Origin: an uncultured Oscillospiraceae bacterium
Lineage (GTDB): Bacteria > Bacillota > Clostridia > UMGS1810
Direction of reading: 5' to 3'
NCBI GenBank assembly: GCA_964423705.1
Contig: CAYRGA010000001.1
Coordinates: forward strand, 15,788 to 59,492
DNA: 43,705 nt
In this document: one piece after another, positions 41,631 to 43,705 of the stretch
How positions within the stretch are numbered: position 1 is the stretch's first letter
Layout: every line of letters begins with the position of its first letter
Position numbers and translations under genes: made by a program
Notes under the pieces: model-generated
Database searches by the model: none
What the model was told of the DNA's origin: nothing
What the model saw: the letters and a program-made list of their open reading frames with translations, nothing else

Positions 41631-43705
41631 TTACCACGGTACGGACTTAAAGGCTTTTGACAGCGGAATAAGGCTGTCTGAGCCTTGCCATAGAACAGCG
41701 GTGATTTTTCCCGTCTTCTCTCCGACGGAAATTTGAAAATCGGTAACATCATAAATCGCCGTGCCGCCGCTCATTCTGAGTGGCAGAATGTACGCACCGA
41801 CCATTTCCCCGTCTGCACCGTACTCCGCCAGAATAATCCTTCCGTCAATATCCGTCTGTGAATAAACAAATAGTTTTTTATAATGATATGCTCCGCCGGT
41901 AAGTGGTGTACCCCGATGAAAATATGAAATCACCGCGGGATAATCAATCCTTTTAAGCGTTAATCGCTTTTCACCGTCAACATCGCCTTCGTGTACGGCA
42001 GAAGCTCCGAATGCAGCTTCAAGAGCTGACTTCATGCTGTCCTTTGTGTAATAAAAATCCGTATTTCCCGTAAGTCTTTCCCCGAGAAGCGTGTCAGTGC
42101 GGTTCACAGCCGCCGTATTTACAAATTCCGCCGTATCACCACTGAAAATCACACACCTTAGTCTTGACAGAGCCAGGGTATTGCAGTCGATTTTTGTGAC
42201 GGAGCTCGGAATCACCAAGCAATTCAGCGATTTGCAATTATAAAAAGCATCCGTAATTTCCGTCATTCCGTCCCCGAACTTTACACTCTGCAAATAACCG
42301 CATTCGCGAAAGGCATTTTTACCGAGAACTTTAATGCTGCCCGCCAAGGAGGCGTATTCAACTCGTGAATCACAAAATGCATATTCGCCGACTTCCTCAA
42401 TACCATCACTTATTTCAAGCCTCGTAAACTGCTCGTTTTCAAAGGCGTGCGGTGCGATTTTCTTCACCGAAACGCCGCCGATTTTATCGGGAATAATCAA
42501 ATGAGAGCCTATCAATCCCTGCTTTTTATCCAAGCCGTTTACAGTAAGTCCGCCGTCTTCTTCCACATAATCAAATCGCTGTGCTTCTGTGCCGAAAATA
42601 TCGGCAGTCACCTTGTCTATGTATAGTCGGCTTTCGCTTTCGTTGCTTAAAGCCGAGCTGTCACGGTAAGCATAAAACCCAAAGGTCGATTTTATAAGCT
42701 CTATCCCGCCCTTCGGCGCATAGCTTCCGCACAGCGAAGTATTTATTCTTCCCGTGTCGGCATCCGCACCGCTCCAATAAATACCGTCTGAATCATATAA
42801 AAGCGATATTCGGCATGCGGCATTCTGCGGGCTTACACTGTATACACCGCATACAAGCTCCTCCGACGTTCCGTCCGTCACTTTGGACAAAACCCACTGT
42901 CTGTTTGTGGTAAGTGCCGAGTACTTCTGAATACCGAGCTGATAAAAGCTCCTGCTGTCCTCGGACACCAAAAACCTTATCCCATATTCGATATCACCGC
43001 CGCATCGTACGGCATTGAACGTTATACAAGCTCCTTCAAGCTCGCTTGTGCCGCTGTGGTAAACCGCCGCATAGCCTAAAGAGTCACTCGATGCTCCATC
43101 CGATACAGAAGTTAAAAACATGTACTCATCATCTACAAATGCCAAATCGGCGTAATCCTGCCGCGACGTGGCTATACCGAATTTAAATTTGTCGTTCCCC
43201 TCCGCCGAATACCACTCGTCATCGGCAAACGTCACATTGCAGCCGCTATGCTCCTCGGTCTGCATACCGTCAAAATCACATGTGATTTTTCGGTTTCCGA
43301 AATTGTCTGTTATATAAAGTTCATTTCCCCAGTACTTTCCGTTTGAACCTACGGCGGAAACGACTGCTTTGCCGTTAAGATTTATTTTAAATCTGCCCTC
43401 TCCGAAATTCGTAAGGCTTCCGTCCGAGCAAAAGATATCTGCATTTTTATTTACTGCTCCGTTTTCGATAACCGCCAAAGACAGGTAACCGTCGGCAGAC
43501 GAAACGTAATTTATATTTTCATCCGATAAGCGACTGTAAATGACTATTTCCGATTTATCGGCATTTTCCGCCTTAATTTTTTTAAAATAGCTGTCGGTAA
43601 ACTTGTAAATGCCGCTATCGGCTCCGCTTATTATCTCTGCGCCGCCAAAAACATTGTACGCCTTGATTTCAGTGCCTTCAGTCATTGTGCCGCAATATAT
43701 ATAAT
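41631..43705 (-). CDS. BspA-type LRR protein, probably 5'-truncated by the window edge
   Basis: LRR units (IEEVGEYAFCDS.., IKVLGKNAFRECGYLQSVKF, ITDAFYNCKSLNCLVIPSSVTKI). The frame stays open upstream of the listed ATG at 43685 (..YIYCGT-MTEG). That ATG has no RBS and is not followed by a signal peptide. Confidence 0.7.
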   Translation of the reverse strand, partial: YIYCGTMTEGTEIKAYNVFGGAEIISGADSGIYKFTDSYFKKIKAENADKSEIVIYSRLSDENINYVSSADGYLSLAVIENGAVNKNADIFCSDGSLTNFGEGRFKINLNGKAVVSAVGSNGKYWGNELYITDNFGNRKITCDFDGMQTEEHSGCNVTFADDEWYSAEGNDKFKFGIATSRQDYADLAFVDDEYMFLTSVSDGASSDSLGYAAVYHSGTSELEGACITFNAVRCGGDIEYGIRFLVSEDSRSFYQLGIQKYSALTTNRQWVLSKVTDGTSEELVCGVYSVSPQNAACRISLLYDSDGIYWSGADADTGRINTSLCGSYAPKGGIELIKSTFGFYAYRDSSALSNESESRLYIDKVTADIFGTEAQRFDYVEEDGGLTVNGLDKKQGLIGSHLIIPDKIGGVSVKKIAPHAFENEQFTRLEISDGIEEVGEYAFCDSRVEYASLAGSIKVLGKNAFRECGYLQSVKFGDGMTEITDAFYNCKSLNCLVIPSSVTKIDCNTLALSRLRCVIFSGDTAEFVNTAAVNRTDTLLGERLTGNTDFYYTKDSMKSALEAAFGASAVHEGDVDGEKRLTLKRIDYPAVISYFHRGTPLTGGAYHYKKLFVYSQTDIDGRIILAEYGADGEMVGAYILPLRMSGGTAIYDVTDFQISVGEKTGKITAVLWQGSDSLIPLSKAFKSVPW

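Noticed and set aside
41603-41752. A 50-codon N-terminal extension of the 1047-aa LRR/SLH ORF that overlaps the upstream gene.
   Set aside because: The extension is basic, non-signal-like sequence overlapping the 3' end of the upstream CDS. The internal ATG at 41602 has a GGGGA RBS and a classic signal peptide.
1-43705. I looked for tRNA or rRNA genes, CRISPR arrays, IS elements or transposases, integrases, phage genes and classical defence genes (restriction-modification, toxin-antitoxin, Cas).
   Set aside because: None was found. All intergenic regions are at most ~390 nt and are accounted for by promoters, terminators or leaders. No ORF shows DDE/integrase, Cas or restriction-modification motifs.

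Overview
This is a 43.7-kb, almost fully coding chromosomal segment. The gene content looks like an anaerobic Firmicute (Clostridia-like), but the taxon is inference only. I support 37 CDS (35 intact, 2 truncated by the window edges) and 1 frameshifted relic, and most lie on the minus strand.

From left to right:
1. The tail of an ECF S-component-like membrane protein, then a 1489-aa wall protein with GLUG, Ig-like, transcobalamin-like (DUF4430) and SLH domains.
2. A cytoplasmic GH63-like hydrolase behind a strong promoter and a ~235-nt leader, a frameshifted transglutaminase-like relic, and the housekeeping genes DUF1385-prmC, trmO and nnrE.
3. An orphan operon (CpsB phosphatase, Wzz, BY-kinase, UDP-GlcNAc 2-epimerase) placed divergently from a secreted nuclease.
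4. A clan GH-A hydrolase bracketed by two near-identical hairpins.
5. A central 8.6-kb [FeFe]-hydrogenase operon, hydC-(GHKL ATPase)-hydD-hydB-hydA. It is preceded by genes for DRTGG, a SpoIIAB-like kinase, a HydS-like hydrogenase paralogue, a second DRTGG and a PHP protein.
6. A roughly 17-kb glycan-utilisation-like operon. It encodes four large LRR/SLH surface proteins, a sugar ABC importer, a cytoplasmic BNR/sialidase-like propeller, a DHDPS/NAL-family aldolase and a ribokinase-like kinase.

I saw no rRNA, tRNA, CRISPR, transposase or phage genes.

The best candidate for an uncharacterised system is the sensor/regulator cassette fused to the hydrogenase operon, which has no recognisable output domain. 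Related to it, HydA carries an unusual TSCSP active-site motif. All family assignments come from motifs read by eye. No database search was run.
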